From positions 467,901 to 531,900 of the forward strand of contig JBBTQS010000001.1 of NCBI GenBank assembly GCA_038065555.1: DNA of 64,000 nt, read 5' to 3'. Origin of the DNA: Patescibacteria group bacterium (lineage in GTDB: Bacteria; Patescibacteriota; Patescibacteriia; Magasanikbacterales; JBBTQS01). The notes under the pieces are model-generated. The model was given only the letters and a program-made list of their open reading frames with translations. It was not told the origin of the DNA and searched no databases. Below are positions 9,095 through 18,395 of this stretch, in pieces. The stretch's first letter is position 1, and each line of letters begins with the position of its first letter. Made by a program: the position numbers and the translations under genes.

Positions 9095-9721
9095 TTAGTT
9101 CTTGGAGCGCTGCAAACGCGTCAATTGCTCGAGTGCGTTGAATGCAGCCTTGATATTATTGATCTTGCTCTTGGATCCGAGAATCTTGCTCGAGATGTTC
9201 GGAATACCTGCGAATTCAAGTACGGTTCGGAGAGACCCACCAGCGATAACACCAGATCCTTTTGGTGCTGGCATGAGCTTCACGATCGCTGCGCCGAACT
9301 TCGCGTCTACTTCGTACGGGATTGTGTCCTTCACGAGTGGAACGCGAATGAGACGCTTCTTTGCCTGACGAACGGCTTTGTTCACTGCAGCCTGCACGTC
9401 TCCAGCCTTTGCAACGCCGAATCCAACGCGCAATTTGCGATCGCCGATAACAACGGTTGCGCGGAAACGCATGCGCTTACCACCCTTGGTCACACGCGTA
9501 ACACGTGCGAGCTCTACAATGGTCTGGTCGAACTCTGGTACTTCGCGCTCTTCGCGATTGCCACCACGTCCGCCATCGCGACGTCCGCCACCCTGACCGT
9601 CACGGCGAGGACCGCCTTGACCCTGACGTCCACCACCCATGCCACCCTGACGTGGACCATTCTGTGGAGCGACGGCACCAGGTGCCTGCTGCTTCGTTGG
9701 TTGTGTCGATGTGTCTGTCAT
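9095..9721 (-). CDS. rpsE: 30S ribosomal protein S5 with a Gly/Arg/Gln-rich low-complexity N-terminal extension
   Basis: S5 core VTRVTKGGKRMRFRATVVIGDRKLRVGFGVAKAGDV...GSGVIAGGSLRTVLEFAGI. I set the start at MTDTSTQ, 39 nt inside the track ORF, because that leaves an 8-nt gap to rplR. Confidence 0.9.
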   Translation of the reverse strand: MTDTSTQPTKQQAPGAVAPQNGPRQGGMGGGRQGQGGPRRDGQGGGRRDGGRGGNREEREVPEFDQTIVELARVTRVTKGGKRMRFRATVVIGDRKLRVGFGVAKAGDVQAAVNKAVRQAKKRLIRVPLVKDTIPYEVDAKFGAAIVKLMPAPKGSGVIAGGSLRTVLEFAGIPNISSKILGSKSKINNIKAAFNALEQLTRLQRSKN

Positions 9722-9728
9722 ACAATTT

Positions 9729-10100
9729 CTAGAAAATAAGGCCAGCCTCGCGTGCACCATCGGCTACCGCGCGTACACGACCATGATAGCGGAAACCACC
9801 ACGATCGAATACTACTGTGGTAATCCCCTTTGCTTTTGCTGCTTCTGCGATGGCCTTGCCTACGGCAAATGCGAGGGCAACCTTTGCGCTGCGCTCACCT
9901 GCTGCATCTACCTTCACTGCGCCGCTGTGTACCGCCACAATTGTGGTGCCTGCGGTGTCATCAATAAGCTGCGCATACATGCTGCGCGCGCCACGAAACA
10001 CGCTCAAGCGAGGACGCTCTGCGGTTCCACTAATCTTTGCACGAATGCGACCATGTCGGCGCATGCGCGTCACTGCTTTGTGCTGTGTAAACACTTTCAT
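9729..10100 (-). CDS. rplR: 50S ribosomal protein L18
   Basis: RPRLSVFRGARSMYAQLIDD...GKAIAEAAKAKGITTVVFDRGGFRYHGRVRAVADGAREAGLIF. Confidence 0.95.
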   Translation of the reverse strand: MKVFTQHKAVTRMRRHGRIRAKISGTAERPRLSVFRGARSMYAQLIDDTAGTTIVAVHSGAVKVDAAGERSAKVALAFAVGKAIAEAAKAKGITTVVFDRGGFRYHGRVRAVADGAREAGLIF

Positions 10101-10684
10101 AGTACCGTCGGTTTAATGAGATGGAGTAAAAATTCGAGATTCCCTCCTTTGGCTCCGGTGATGGGCGATGCAATCACGTCGACAATGGGCATGCCATCGG
10201 CGATCAGTGCTGCAACTACGCGATCCTTCTCAGCGATACACTCTTCGAGCGAGAGCATGCCATGGCTTTTGCCACGAGCATGTCCCACGCGTTCGTAGTG
10301 CGGCTTGAGAAGACTCACGATGTGCCCGCCTTCGCGGAGTATGGAGAGAGCGTGTGGGAGAATCCGGCTCTGTGGTGTCCAACCGACATCGATGGAGACC
10401 ACGTCTACTTGTTCCGGAATGACAACGGTCTGTGCGTCAGTGCGTTCGAGCACTACGACGCGCGGATCATTGCGCAACTTCCAGTCGAGTACGCCGTATC
10501 CTTTGTCCACTGCATAGACGCGCGAGGCGCCATGCGACAACCAGACTTCCGTAAATCCTCCTGCGTGACAGCCGAGATCTGCTGCAACCGCACCTTGGAT
10601 TGGGAGGTCTTTCCATGCATCACATGCATGTGCGAGCTTCGCACCTGCTCGGCTCACACCTGCATGCGATGCAGCAGACGACAT
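10097..10684 (-). CDS. tlyA: TlyA-like FtsJ-fold rRNA 2'-O-methyltransferase of 195 aa, lacking the N-terminal S4 RNA-binding domain. It is embedded in the spc ribosomal operon.
   Basis: Motifs SRAGAKLAHA, DLGCHAGGFTEVWLSHGASRVYAVDKGYGVLDWKLRNDPRVVVLERTD and LLKPHYE match TlyA/hemolysin-A-family methyltransferases. The start lies 7 nt after the rplF stop, and its stop overlaps the rplR start by 4 nt (ATGA). Confidence 0.75.
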   Translation of the reverse strand: MSSAASHAGVSRAGAKLAHACDAWKDLPIQGAVAADLGCHAGGFTEVWLSHGASRVYAVDKGYGVLDWKLRNDPRVVVLERTDAQTVVIPEQVDVVSIDVGWTPQSRILPHALSILREGGHIVSLLKPHYERVGHARGKSHGMLSLEECIAEKDRVVAALIADGMPIVDVIASPITGAKGGNLEFLLHLIKPTVL

Positions 10685-10691
10685 AGACGTA

Positions 10692-11231
10692 TTACGCCTT
10701 TGCGGTCTTACCTGCCTTGCGGCGAATCACTTCTTCTGCGTACTTGATACCCTTACCCTTGTATGGTTCAGGCTTGCGTACTTTGCGGATATTGCTTGCA
10801 ACCTGACCAACCGCCTGCTTGCTTGCGCCGCTGAGCGTGATCACGTTCTTCTCCACCACAGCAGTCACTCCTTCTGGGAGATCGTACTGTACAGAGTGCG
10901 AGTAGCCAACATCGAGCTTGATGCCCTTACCTGCTAGTGCAACCTTGTATCCGACACCATTGAGCTCGAGCTTGCGCTCAAATCCCTTGGTTACGCCATC
11001 AACCATGTTCTGAAGAAGACTTGCGTAGAGACCCCAAAGTGAGCGGTCTGCTTTCTTTTCTTCATCCTTCACTGCTACGTGGAGACCTTCGTCATCCTTC
11101 GTGATGGTGACGTGTGGGTGGATGCGCTCAAGAAGCGTACCCTTAGGTCCCTTTACTTTTACCTCAGCTGCAGTGAGTGTGACCTCAACGCCTGCTGGGA
11201 TTACGATGATTTGTTTGCCGATACGAGACAT
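10692..11231 (-). CDS. rplF: 50S ribosomal protein L6
   Basis: MSRIGKQIIVIPAGVEVTL... and the two-domain L6 pattern. The start is taken at MSRIGK, inside the track ORF. Confidence 0.95.
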   Translation of the reverse strand: MSRIGKQIIVIPAGVEVTLTAAEVKVKGPKGTLLERIHPHVTITKDDEGLHVAVKDEEKKADRSLWGLYASLLQNMVDGVTKGFERKLELNGVGYKVALAGKGIKLDVGYSHSVQYDLPEGVTAVVEKNVITLSGASKQAVGQVASNIRKVRKPEPYKGKGIKYAEEVIRRKAGKTAKA

Positions 11232-11241
11232 AGTCTTGCGA

Positions 11242-11631
11242 TTAGTACACGGTGCAAACCACTTCACCGCCGATGCCCGCTGTCTTTGCTTCCTTATTTG
11301 TCATAAGGCCGCGAGACGTGGACAAGATAGCAATACCGTAGTTGTTGCGAACCGTTGGCACATGGTCCTTGCCGACGTAGCGGCGGTGTCCTGGTGTGCT
11401 CACGCGCTGCACATCTGTGATCGCGCTCATGGAGCCACGATACTTGAGACGTACGCGAATGGTTGGACGAGGGTCTTCGACACGCACTGCCGACACAACA
11501 TAGCCTTCACGTACGAGGATTTCAGCAATAGCCATCTTCATTCCTGAAAGTGGGATATCTACCGATTCCTTGCGAACGCGTGCGGCGTTGCGAATGCGGG
11601 TGAGCATGTCTGCGATTGGATCTGTGAACAT
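11242..11631 (-). CDS. rpsH: 30S ribosomal protein S8
   Basis: MFTDPIADMLTRIRNA... is the canonical S8 N-terminus. The start is taken at the internal Met. Confidence 0.95.
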   Translation of the reverse strand: MFTDPIADMLTRIRNAARVRKESVDIPLSGMKMAIAEILVREGYVVSAVRVEDPRPTIRVRLKYRGSMSAITDVQRVSTPGHRRYVGKDHVPTVRNNYGIAILSTSRGLMTNKEAKTAGIGGEVVCTVY

Positions 11632-11635
11632 ACAA

Positions 11636-11821
11636 TTACCAGCTAGATTTACGAACGCCAGGGAGAAGTCCCTTGTTAGCCATTTCGCGGAAACAAATGC
11701 GGCAAAGATCGAAGTCACGCATGTAGCTGCGGAACCGACCACATGCAAAGCAACGACGTACTTTGCGTGTAGAGAACTTCGGTTCGGCCGCAGATTTTGC
11801 TCGGTGTGCTGCTGATGCCAT
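11636..11821 (-). CDS. rpsZ: 30S ribosomal protein S14 type Z (zinc-binding, 61 aa)
   Basis: [38 protein letters not shown] with a CxxC...CxxC motif. The start is set at [10 protein letters not shown]. Confidence 0.9.
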   Translation of the reverse strand: MASAAHRAKSAAEPKFSTRKVRRCFACGRFRSYMRDFDLCRICFREMANKGLLPGVRKSSW

Positions 11822-11831
11822 ACGTGTTCGA

Positions 11832-12365
11832 TTATTTCTTGAATGGGAAGCCGAGCTCCTCAAGGAGCACGCGCGATTCCTTCGCGTCAGTAGCCGACGT
11901 CACAAAGGTGATTTCGAGACCATGGACACGGGACGCATCTTCAGCAGTAACTTCTGGGAATGCGAGCTGTTCCTTGAATCCGATCGTGTAGTTGCCGTTC
12001 TTGTCGAATCCCTTGGTAGAAATACCGTGGAAATCGCGCACACGTGGGAACGTAATGCGGAGCAACTTCTCTGTGAAATCGTACATACGAGCGCCGCGAA
12101 GCGTCACCTTGAGACCGACCACCTGACCTTCGCGAACTTTGAAGTTCGAGATGGAAATGCGAGCAGTTGTGCGGATTGGCTTCTGACCTGTGATCTTAAC
12201 GATCGTCTTTTCTACGAAATCAACGTAGCCTTCGTCCTTGAGGTGCTTACCGACGCCTACGTTAATGACGACCTTCTGCAACTTCGGGAGTGAGAGGAGA
12301 TTGGTGCGACCGAGGCGCTCCTTGAGCTTCGGTACAACGGTTTTGAGGTAGTGTTCCTTAAGCAT
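11832..12365 (-). CDS. rplE: 50S ribosomal protein L5
   Basis: [19 protein letters not shown]...[12 protein letters not shown]...; the start is taken at the internal Met of the L5 N-terminus. Confidence 0.95.
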   Translation of the reverse strand: MLKEHYLKTVVPKLKERLGRTNLLSLPKLQKVVINVGVGKHLKDEGYVDFVEKTIVKITGQKPIRTTARISISNFKVREGQVVGLKVTLRGARMYDFTEKLLRITFPRVRDFHGISTKGFDKNGNYTIGFKEQLAFPEVTAEDASRVHGLEITFVTSATDAKESRVLLEELGFPFKK

Positions 12366-12369
12366 AGTA

Positions 12370-12669
12370 TTACTTCTTTGCCGTTGCCTTCTTCGTAGCC
12401 TTTGGCTTTGCAACCTTCTTCTCTTCCGAAGCAACTGCAGCTTCCTTCTCAACAAGTACTACATTGGAAGCGTGCAATGGCGCTGCAAATTCAACGCGCT
12501 GTCCAGGCTGACCCTGCTTCATCGAGCGCACGTGCTTCTTGAGCATGTTTGCACCCTCAACAACCACACGGTTTTCCTTTGGGAACACCTGAATGATCTT
12601 GCCTGTCTTACCTTTGTCTTTGCCAGCGATGATTTTCACTTGATCGCCGGTTTTGATTTTCATCTTCAT
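12370..12669 (-). CDS. rplX: 50S ribosomal protein L24 with a Lys-rich C-terminal tail
   Basis: MKMKIKTGDQVKIIAGKDKGKTGKI... is the KOW motif. The start is at 12669 (or at 12663). Confidence 0.9.
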   Translation of the reverse strand: MKMKIKTGDQVKIIAGKDKGKTGKIIQVFPKENRVVVEGANMLKKHVRSMKQGQPGQRVEFAAPLHASNVVLVEKEAAVASEEKKVAKPKATKKATAKK

Positions 12670-12679
12670 ACGGTTGGTA

Positions 12680-13051
12680 TTAGAGAACTTCCGGCGCAAG
12701 AGAAACAATCTTCTGGTAGCCAGCGTTGCGCAATTCGCGTGCTACTGGTCCAAAGATACGAGAACCCTTCGGCTCTTTGCTCTTTCGGTCGATAATAACT
12801 GCTGCGTTGTCGTCAAAACGAATGTACGTTCCGTCAGCGCGGCGGATCTCCTTGTGCTGTCGAACAATCACAGCGTGCACAACTTCAGACTTCTTGATAA
12901 GTCCGCGAGGCGCAGCCTGCTTCACAGCGCAGGTGATAATGTCGCCGATCTGTGCGTAACGCTTTTTGTAGCCGCCGAGTACACGGATACACTGGAGCTG
13001 CTTAGCTCCGGTGTTGTCCGCGACGACGAGCATGGAACGATGTTGAATCAT
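12680..13051 (-). CDS. rplN: 50S ribosomal protein L14
   Basis: [27 protein letters not shown]... Confidence 0.95.
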   Translation of the reverse strand: MIQHRSMLVVADNTGAKQLQCIRVLGGYKKRYAQIGDIITCAVKQAAPRGLIKKSEVVHAVIVRQHKEIRRADGTYIRFDDNAAVIIDRKSKEPKGSRIFGPVARELRNAGYQKIVSLAPEVL

Positions 13052-13063
13052 ACGGGTATCGTT

Positions 13064-13450
13064 TTATGCCTTGGATACAATGCGCCAGCGCTTCGTCTTG
13101 CTCATTGGGCGAGTTTCTTCCATCACCACAATATCGCCATCAACGAACTGGTCGTTCTCATTGTGTGCGTGGAACTTCTTGCTCACGCGGTAGCGCTTGC
13201 CATAGATCGGGTGAGCCTTCATGCGGTCCACACGAACAACGGCAGTTTGCTGCATTTTGGTGCTGACCACGACGCCAGTGATACGGCGGCGCTGACCATC
13301 ACGAACAACCGCCGGAGCTCCAGCACGTGGTGCGCGAGGCGCCTTTGGTGCTTTTGGTGCGGCTGCTGTCTTTGGTTTTGGAGCTGCCTTGGCTGCAGCG
13401 GGCTTCTTGCCAGCTGTCGCCTTGGAGCTTGCGGTTGTTTTCTTTTCCAT
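13064..13450 (-). CDS. rpsQ: 30S ribosomal protein S17 with a Lys/Ala/Pro-rich N-terminal extension
   Basis: S17 core RRRITGVVVSTKMQQTAVVRVDRMKAHPIYGKRYRVSKKFHAHNE, preceded by an AKAAPKPKTAAAPKAPKAPRAPRA repeat. Confidence 0.9.
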   Translation of the reverse strand: MEKKTTASSKATAGKKPAAAKAAPKPKTAAAPKAPKAPRAPRAGAPAVVRDGQRRRITGVVVSTKMQQTAVVRVDRMKAHPIYGKRYRVSKKFHAHNENDQFVDGDIVVMEETRPMSKTKRWRIVSKA

Positions 13451-13459
13451 AGACTGAAA

Positions 13460-13660
13460 TTATTTTGTGGCTGTTTGCCCCATCTGTGTGAGGCACGTTT
13501 CCACACGGGCGACGTCACGCTTGAGGTTGCGCAACTTGCGCACATTGCGTTCCTGCCCGGCGAACAATGCGAATTCGATCTGCAAGCGCTCTGCCTTCAA
13601 CTCGCGGAGCATCTTGAGAAGCTCTGCGTGTGGTTTGGTGCGAAGATCTTTGATCGTCAT
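13460..13660 (-). CDS. rpmC: 50S ribosomal protein L29
   Basis: MTIKDLRTKPHAELLKMLRELKAERLQIEFALFAGQ...; the start is at the internal Met, placing it immediately after the rplP stop. Confidence 0.9.
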   Translation of the reverse strand: MTIKDLRTKPHAELLKMLRELKAERLQIEFALFAGQERNVRKLRNLKRDVARVETCLTQMGQTATK

Positions 13661-13661
13661 A

Positions 13662-14072
13662 TTACTTGCGAACAAATCGAGTAAGGCATGGAAGCTTGTA
13701 TGCTGCGAGATCCATTGCCTCGCGAGCTGTAGCTTCTGGAACACCATCGATCTCGAACATTACTGTACCTGGACGAACCACACATACGTAGTGGTCTACC
13801 GAACCCTTACCAGATCCCATCGGTACCTCAGCACCCTTCTTGGTGATTGGTTTGTCTGGGAAGATACGGATCCAAATCTTACCGCCACGTGCCACAAAAC
13901 GTGTCATAGCACGACGTGCAGCTTCGATCTGTCGGCTCGTAACCCATGCATGGGTTGTCGCCTTGAGGCCATAGCTACCGAACGCCACGGTCAACTTCGT
14001 GGTCGCGATGCCTTTCATGCGTCGGCGACCCTTCATCCACTTGCGGTGTTTTACTTTTTTTGGAAGCAACAT
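13662..14072 (-). CDS. rplP: 50S ribosomal protein L16
   Basis: [38 protein letters not shown]... Confidence 0.95.
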   Translation of the reverse strand: MLLPKKVKHRKWMKGRRRMKGIATTKLTVAFGSYGLKATTHAWVTSRQIEAARRAMTRFVARGGKIWIRIFPDKPITKKGAEVPMGSGKGSVDHYVCVVRPGTVMFEIDGVPEATAREAMDLAAYKLPCLTRFVRK

Positions 14073-14082
14073 AGACGTTCAG

Positions 14083-14760
14083 TTAGGCGTTTTTCTCTTG
14101 AGCGAACTTGTCCTGCTTGCCGCCGAACACGAGACCACGGTTGATCCACACCTTGATACCAATCTTGCCGTACATGGTGTGCGCTTCGGTGTGTGCGTAA
14201 TCAATGTCAGCGCGAAGTGTCTGGAGAGGAATCTTGCCCTGTGCAAGTGTTTCGGTACGAGCAATTTCTGCGCCGTTGAGACGTCCAGACATTGTGCACT
14301 TCACACCCTCAGCTCCTGCCTTCATCACACGTTCAATCGCGGACTTCATCACACGGCGAAATGCCATGCGCTTCTTCGTGTCGTCAACAATCTGCTCAGC
14401 CACAATCGCGGACGAAAGAGATGGCTGCTTCACTTCGAACACCTGTACCTTGACCTTCGAATCCTTCGCAAAGTACTTGGTCTGGAGTTCTTTCTTGAGA
14501 TCTTCGATACCAGCGCCGCCGCGACCGATAATCACACCTGGCTTTGCAACGAGTGCCGAAACCGTCACTTCATTCGCATTGCGTGCGATAGAGAGTGAGT
14601 CAAGACCTGCCTCGCGCAATTTCTTCGTAAGGAATTTGCGCACTGCAACTTCCTCTTTGAGGAGCGCGGTGTATGGCTTGCCGTGACGTCCGAACCAGCG
14701 GGAATCCCACGGATAGAGAATGGTCAAGCGGTGTGCTTTTGGATGTACGTTGTGACCCAT
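14083..14760 (-). CDS. rpsC: 30S ribosomal protein S3
   Basis: MGHNVHPKAHRLTILYPWDSRWFG... with a KH domain plus the S3 C-terminal domain. 225 aa. Confidence 0.95.
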   Translation of the reverse strand: MGHNVHPKAHRLTILYPWDSRWFGRHGKPYTALLKEEVAVRKFLTKKLREAGLDSLSIARNANEVTVSALVAKPGVIIGRGGAGIEDLKKELQTKYFAKDSKVKVQVFEVKQPSLSSAIVAEQIVDDTKKRMAFRRVMKSAIERVMKAGAEGVKCTMSGRLNGAEIARTETLAQGKIPLQTLRADIDYAHTEAHTMYGKIGIKVWINRGLVFGGKQDKFAQEKNA

Positions 14761-14771
14761 AGTGTTGTGTG

Positions 14772-15164
14772 TTACTCAGCCTTTGCTTCAACCACTGCTT
14801 CACTGGAAGCTGGCTGTGCATCTGGTGCCGTGCCCTGGAGTGTTACCCACACGTGGCAGCTGTGGCGACGAATCGGCGCAGCGGTACCACGAGCGCGAGG
14901 CATCGAGCGATACTGCATCGAACCCTTGTTCACCTGAATGGTGTGGATAACAAGCGTCGAAGCATCTGCTTTGCTGTTGTGTACGGCGTTCGCTTCTGCG
15001 CTCTTGATGAGCTTCATGACTGGCTTGCGAGCTGCCTTGTTCATTGCGGAGAGCTGCGCATATGCCTGTTCGATCGGAAGACCACGAACGAGGTCGACTA
15101 CAAGACGCACCTTCTTGTCAGAAATGTGCAGGCCGTTGAGTCGTGCTTCTGCTTGAATCGTCAT
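14772..15164 (-). CDS. rplV: 50S ribosomal protein L22
   Basis: AEARLNGLHISDKKVRLVVDLVRGLPIEQAYAQL... Confidence 0.9.
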   Translation of the reverse strand: MTIQAEARLNGLHISDKKVRLVVDLVRGLPIEQAYAQLSAMNKAARKPVMKLIKSAEANAVHNSKADASTLVIHTIQVNKGSMQYRSMPRARGTAAPIRRHSCHVWVTLQGTAPDAQPASSEAVVEAKAE

Positions 15165-15173
15165 ATGCGGAAA

Positions 15174-15494
15174 TTATTTCTTTGGTGCTGGCTTTGCCGC
15201 TGCTGGCTTGGCGCCTGGGGCGTCAGTCTTGAGCATCTTACCGCCATGGCGGAAGAATTTGCGGGTTGGTGAGAATTCACCAAGCTTGTGTCCAACCATA
15301 TCTTCAATGACAAGTACTTCAATGAAGTCCTTACCATTGTGCACCGCGAACTTGAGACCAACCATTTCTGGCGTGATCGTGCTGCGGCGGGACCAGGTCT
15401 TGATAGGCAGCGTCGAGCGAACTGCGCGTGCTGCATCTACCTTCTTCTGGAGTTTTTCGTCTACGAATGGGCCTTTTTTGAGACTGCGAGACAT
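15174..15494 (-). CDS. rpsS: 30S ribosomal protein S19 with an Ala/Lys/Pro-rich C-terminal tail
   Basis: [20 protein letters not shown]...[29 protein letters not shown]. Confidence 0.95.
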   Translation of the reverse strand: MSRSLKKGPFVDEKLQKKVDAARAVRSTLPIKTWSRRSTITPEMVGLKFAVHNGKDFIEVLVIEDMVGHKLGEFSPTRKFFRHGGKMLKTDAPGAKPAAAKPAPKK

Positions 15495-15496
15495 AC

Positions 15497-16345
15497 TTAC
15501 TTGGTGTTACCACGACGTGGACGACGTGACACAATAAATCTGTCACTCGCTTTCTTCGGCTTGCGGGTCTTAACACCCAACGCCTTCTTACCCCATGGGG
15601 TCTTCGGTGCCTTGAGACCGATAGAGTTCTTACCTTCACCACCACCGTGTGGGTGATCTACTGGGTTCATAACCTTACCACGAACCGACGGACGGATACC
15701 GCGATGGCGTGAGCGACCTGCCTTACCGAGGCGCACGAGACGATGGTCAGGGTTGCTCACCATGCCAACGCTTGCTGATGCTTCCTTCGGAATGAGGCGA
15801 ACTTCGCCTGATGGCATCTTCACGTGAGCGAATTTGCCTTCGATAGCCATGAGCTGCACCTGTACACCTGCACTGCGAGCCACCTTTGCGCCAGTACCTG
15901 GAGCCAACTCGATGTTGTGCAAGAAGGTACCAACTGGGATGAACTCAAGTGGCATGCGTGTGCCAAGCTTTGCATCAATCGCTTTTTGCGAAGAGATCAC
16001 GGTTGCGCCTACTGCAAGTGTATCTGGGGCAACAATATATGCGCGTTCCTTGTCTGCAGTGTACTCAATGAGTGCAATGCGAGAGTTGCGGTTCGGATCG
16101 TACTCGATCGCGATAACCGTTGCAGGAATGTCGTAGCGCTTCTGATAGAAATCAACAAGACGAATGTAGCGCTTGTGGCCACCGCCCTGATGACGCACAG
16201 TGATTGTACCATTGGTACGACCAGAATGCTTCTTACGAATAATGATGAGCTTTTTTTCTGGCTCCCACTTCGTAATATCCTGATACGCATCGACGCTCGC
16301 GATGCGTCGACCACTGTTATTTGCGTTGTACTTCTTAATCGGCAT
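15497..16345 (-). CDS. rplB: 50S ribosomal protein L2
   Basis: 282 aa; ...[11 protein letters not shown]... is the L2 signature. Confidence 0.95.
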   Translation of the reverse strand: MPIKKYNANNSGRRIASVDAYQDITKWEPEKKLIIIRKKHSGRTNGTITVRHQGGGHKRYIRLVDFYQKRYDIPATVIAIEYDPNRNSRIALIEYTADKERAYIVAPDTLAVGATVISSQKAIDAKLGTRMPLEFIPVGTFLHNIELAPGTGAKVARSAGVQVQLMAIEGKFAHVKMPSGEVRLIPKEASASVGMVSNPDHRLVRLGKAGRSRHRGIRPSVRGKVMNPVDHPHGGGEGKNSIGLKAPKTPWGKKALGVKTRKPKKASDRFIVSRRPRRGNTK

Positions 16346-16355
16346 AGAGGTTCAG

Positions 16356-16766
16356 TTAGACGCCGGTGTGGACACTGATTGTGTCGCCTTCCTTGAGCAC
16401 TACGCGTGCGATCTTGCGATCACTGCGTACACCAACCGAGCGACCGTAGCGTACTACCTTGCCAGCGCGGTTCAAGATGCGAACCGACGCAGGCTTCACT
16501 CCGAAGAGCTGGAACACTGCCGTTGCAACCATGAACTTGTTGGCAAAATTTGCTACTACGAAGGTGTACACGCGGTGTGCCTCGTCTGTTGTAGCCTTCT
16601 CCGTAACATGCGCACGCAAAATTACTTCCTGTGGATGGAGTCCTGTTGCTGGTGTAGACGAGCTAACCTTTGCAGCAGATGCTGCAGTGGTCATGATCGT
16701 TTCTTCGGTCTTTACTGCGTCTTCCGAAGTCGTTTCGTTTTTTGGCTTTTTGCTGAAGATACCCAT
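16356..16766 (-). CDS. rplW: 50S ribosomal protein L23 with an N-terminal extension
   Basis: L23 core EVILRAHVTEKATTDEAHRVYTFVVANFANKFMVATAVFQLFGVKPASVRILN. The start is taken at MGIFSKKPK, giving an 11-nt gap to rplD. Confidence 0.85.
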   Translation of the reverse strand: MGIFSKKPKNETTSEDAVKTEETIMTTAASAAKVSSSTPATGLHPQEVILRAHVTEKATTDEAHRVYTFVVANFANKFMVATAVFQLFGVKPASVRILNRAGKVVRYGRSVGVRSDRKIARVVLKEGDTISVHTGV

Positions 16767-16776
16767 AGGATTCTGC

Positions 16777-17409
16777 TTATGCGCTGTACTTCTTCGCAAG
16801 AGCCTCTACCGCAGACTTGCTCATGATCATGTACGGGTGCTGAACCATATCGAGCACACCGAACTCACCAACGAACGTGGTCTTCACGGTCGCGATGTTG
16901 CGCGTCATCTGCAAGAGTGCTTCGTCCTTCTTGTCACTCACCACGATTGCGCGGCGGCGTGACACTGGAAGAGCAGCCTTGAGTGATGCGAAGAGCTTGG
17001 TCTTCGGTTCTGCAAATGCGAAATCGTCGACAATGAGCAACGCGCCGTTAGCAATACGATCCGAAAGGATCATGCGCATTGCCTTGGACTTTGCCTTCTT
17101 GTTGATTGCTTCCTTGAAATTGCGATCATTGCGAGGTCCGAACGTGATTCCACCGCCGCGCCATAGTGGTGAGCGGATAGAGCTGTGACGTGCACGACCT
17201 GTTCCCTTCTGGCGCCATGGTTTCTTACCACCACCACGCACTTCACCACGGGTCTTGGTGTGTGCAAGCACCTGACGCTGATTCGCAAATGACGAAACAA
17301 CGACGTCATGAACAAGAGTCGTGTTCACCTCAACACCAAATACTTCTGGTGCGAGATCAACCGTTCCTGTCTGTACTCCTAGCTTGTTGTAAACTGGTAC
17401 CTGAATCAT
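16777..17409 (-). CDS. rplD: 50S ribosomal protein L4
   Basis: MIQVPVYNKLGVQTGTVDLAPEVFG...RGGGKKPWRQKGTGRARHSSIRSPLWRGGG. Confidence 0.95.
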   Translation of the reverse strand: MIQVPVYNKLGVQTGTVDLAPEVFGVEVNTTLVHDVVVSSFANQRQVLAHTKTRGEVRGGGKKPWRQKGTGRARHSSIRSPLWRGGGITFGPRNDRNFKEAINKKAKSKAMRMILSDRIANGALLIVDDFAFAEPKTKLFASLKAALPVSRRRAIVVSDKKDEALLQMTRNIATVKTTFVGEFGVLDMVQHPYMIMSKSAVEALAKKYSA

Positions 17410-17419
17410 AGGAGTGTCG

Positions 17420-18145
17420 TTATTCGCTTACCGCTGGAGCAGCTACCTCTTCGGCTACTGCTGGCGCTGCTTGCTCTTCTACCGGAGCTGCTACTACTTC
17501 CTCAACTGGTGCTTCTGCTACTGGTGCTGTAGCTGCTGCAACAACCATTTCTCCTTCAGCCATGACCATCACAAGACCACCGCGAGCACCAGGAACTGCA
17601 CCCTTTACGAGTACTTCACCTGCTGCTTCGTCGATCGTAACGATCTCAAGGTTGTGTACCGTAACGCGGTCGTCACCCATGTGACCACCCATACGAGTAC
17701 CCTTGAACACGCGCTGTGCATTGGTAGAACCAATGGAACCTGGCATGCGCAAGTTGTCCTTGTGACCGTGGCTTGCAGGACCACCGCCGAACCCATGGCG
17801 CTTGACTACACCCTGGAACCCTTTACCCTTCGACTGTCCGACGACGCTGACGCGATCGCCTGCAGCAAAAGAAGCAAGGGCGAGAGTATCGCCACGCTTG
17901 AGTGATTGCTCGGTTGCGTATTCACGCAACTTCGCAAACGAAGGCAACCCCGAAAGGTGCCCAGCCATTGGCTTGTTGAGAGCTTTCGCCTCACCAGTTC
18001 CAATCTGCACAAGCTGTTTGCCAGCTTGCGAATAAACACGCGTAACAACACAAGGCTGCACGCGCACGCGAGTCACAGGAACCACGGTTCCGTCTTCACG
18101 AAACACCTGGGTCATGTTCAATTTTGTTCCGATTAAACATTTCAT
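17420..18145 (-). CDS. rplC: 50S ribosomal protein L3 with an Ala/Pro/Glu/Val-rich C-terminal extension
   Basis: MKCLIGTKLNMTQVF...QSKGKGFQGVVKRHGFGGGPASHGH... is the L3 core. The C-terminal 50 aa are an APVEE-type repeat. The track ORF begins two codons earlier at a TTG. Confidence 0.9.
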   Translation of the reverse strand: MKCLIGTKLNMTQVFREDGTVVPVTRVRVQPCVVTRVYSQAGKQLVQIGTGEAKALNKPMAGHLSGLPSFAKLREYATEQSLKRGDTLALASFAAGDRVSVVGQSKGKGFQGVVKRHGFGGGPASHGHKDNLRMPGSIGSTNAQRVFKGTRMGGHMGDDRVTVHNLEIVTIDEAAGEVLVKGAVPGARGGLVMVMAEGEMVVAAATAPVAEAPVEEVVAAPVEEQAAPAVAEEVAAPAVSE

Positions 18146-18395
18146 AACCAAAAGGCTAGAATCCGGTGTCGTTCGGACCTACTATGAGGTCGTGTGAACA
18201 ACGCCGAGTTCTAGCCTTCTTCTGGGGCCGGTGCTTGCGCACGCAGGAGGGAAAGAAGATAGGGCCGCCATCGCTACACAAAAAATGCGTAATTTAGGCT
18301 CATTTCTTTGCTTGATGTAGCGATGTTTTCCCTTCAACAGTCACCCAACGGATCTTATCGCGTCACAAGCAAGAAGTAGATTTGTCAATACTCTA

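Noticed and set aside
12653-13684. 343-aa plus-strand ORF across rplN, rpsQ and rpmC
   Set aside because: It is antisense to three ribosomal protein genes.
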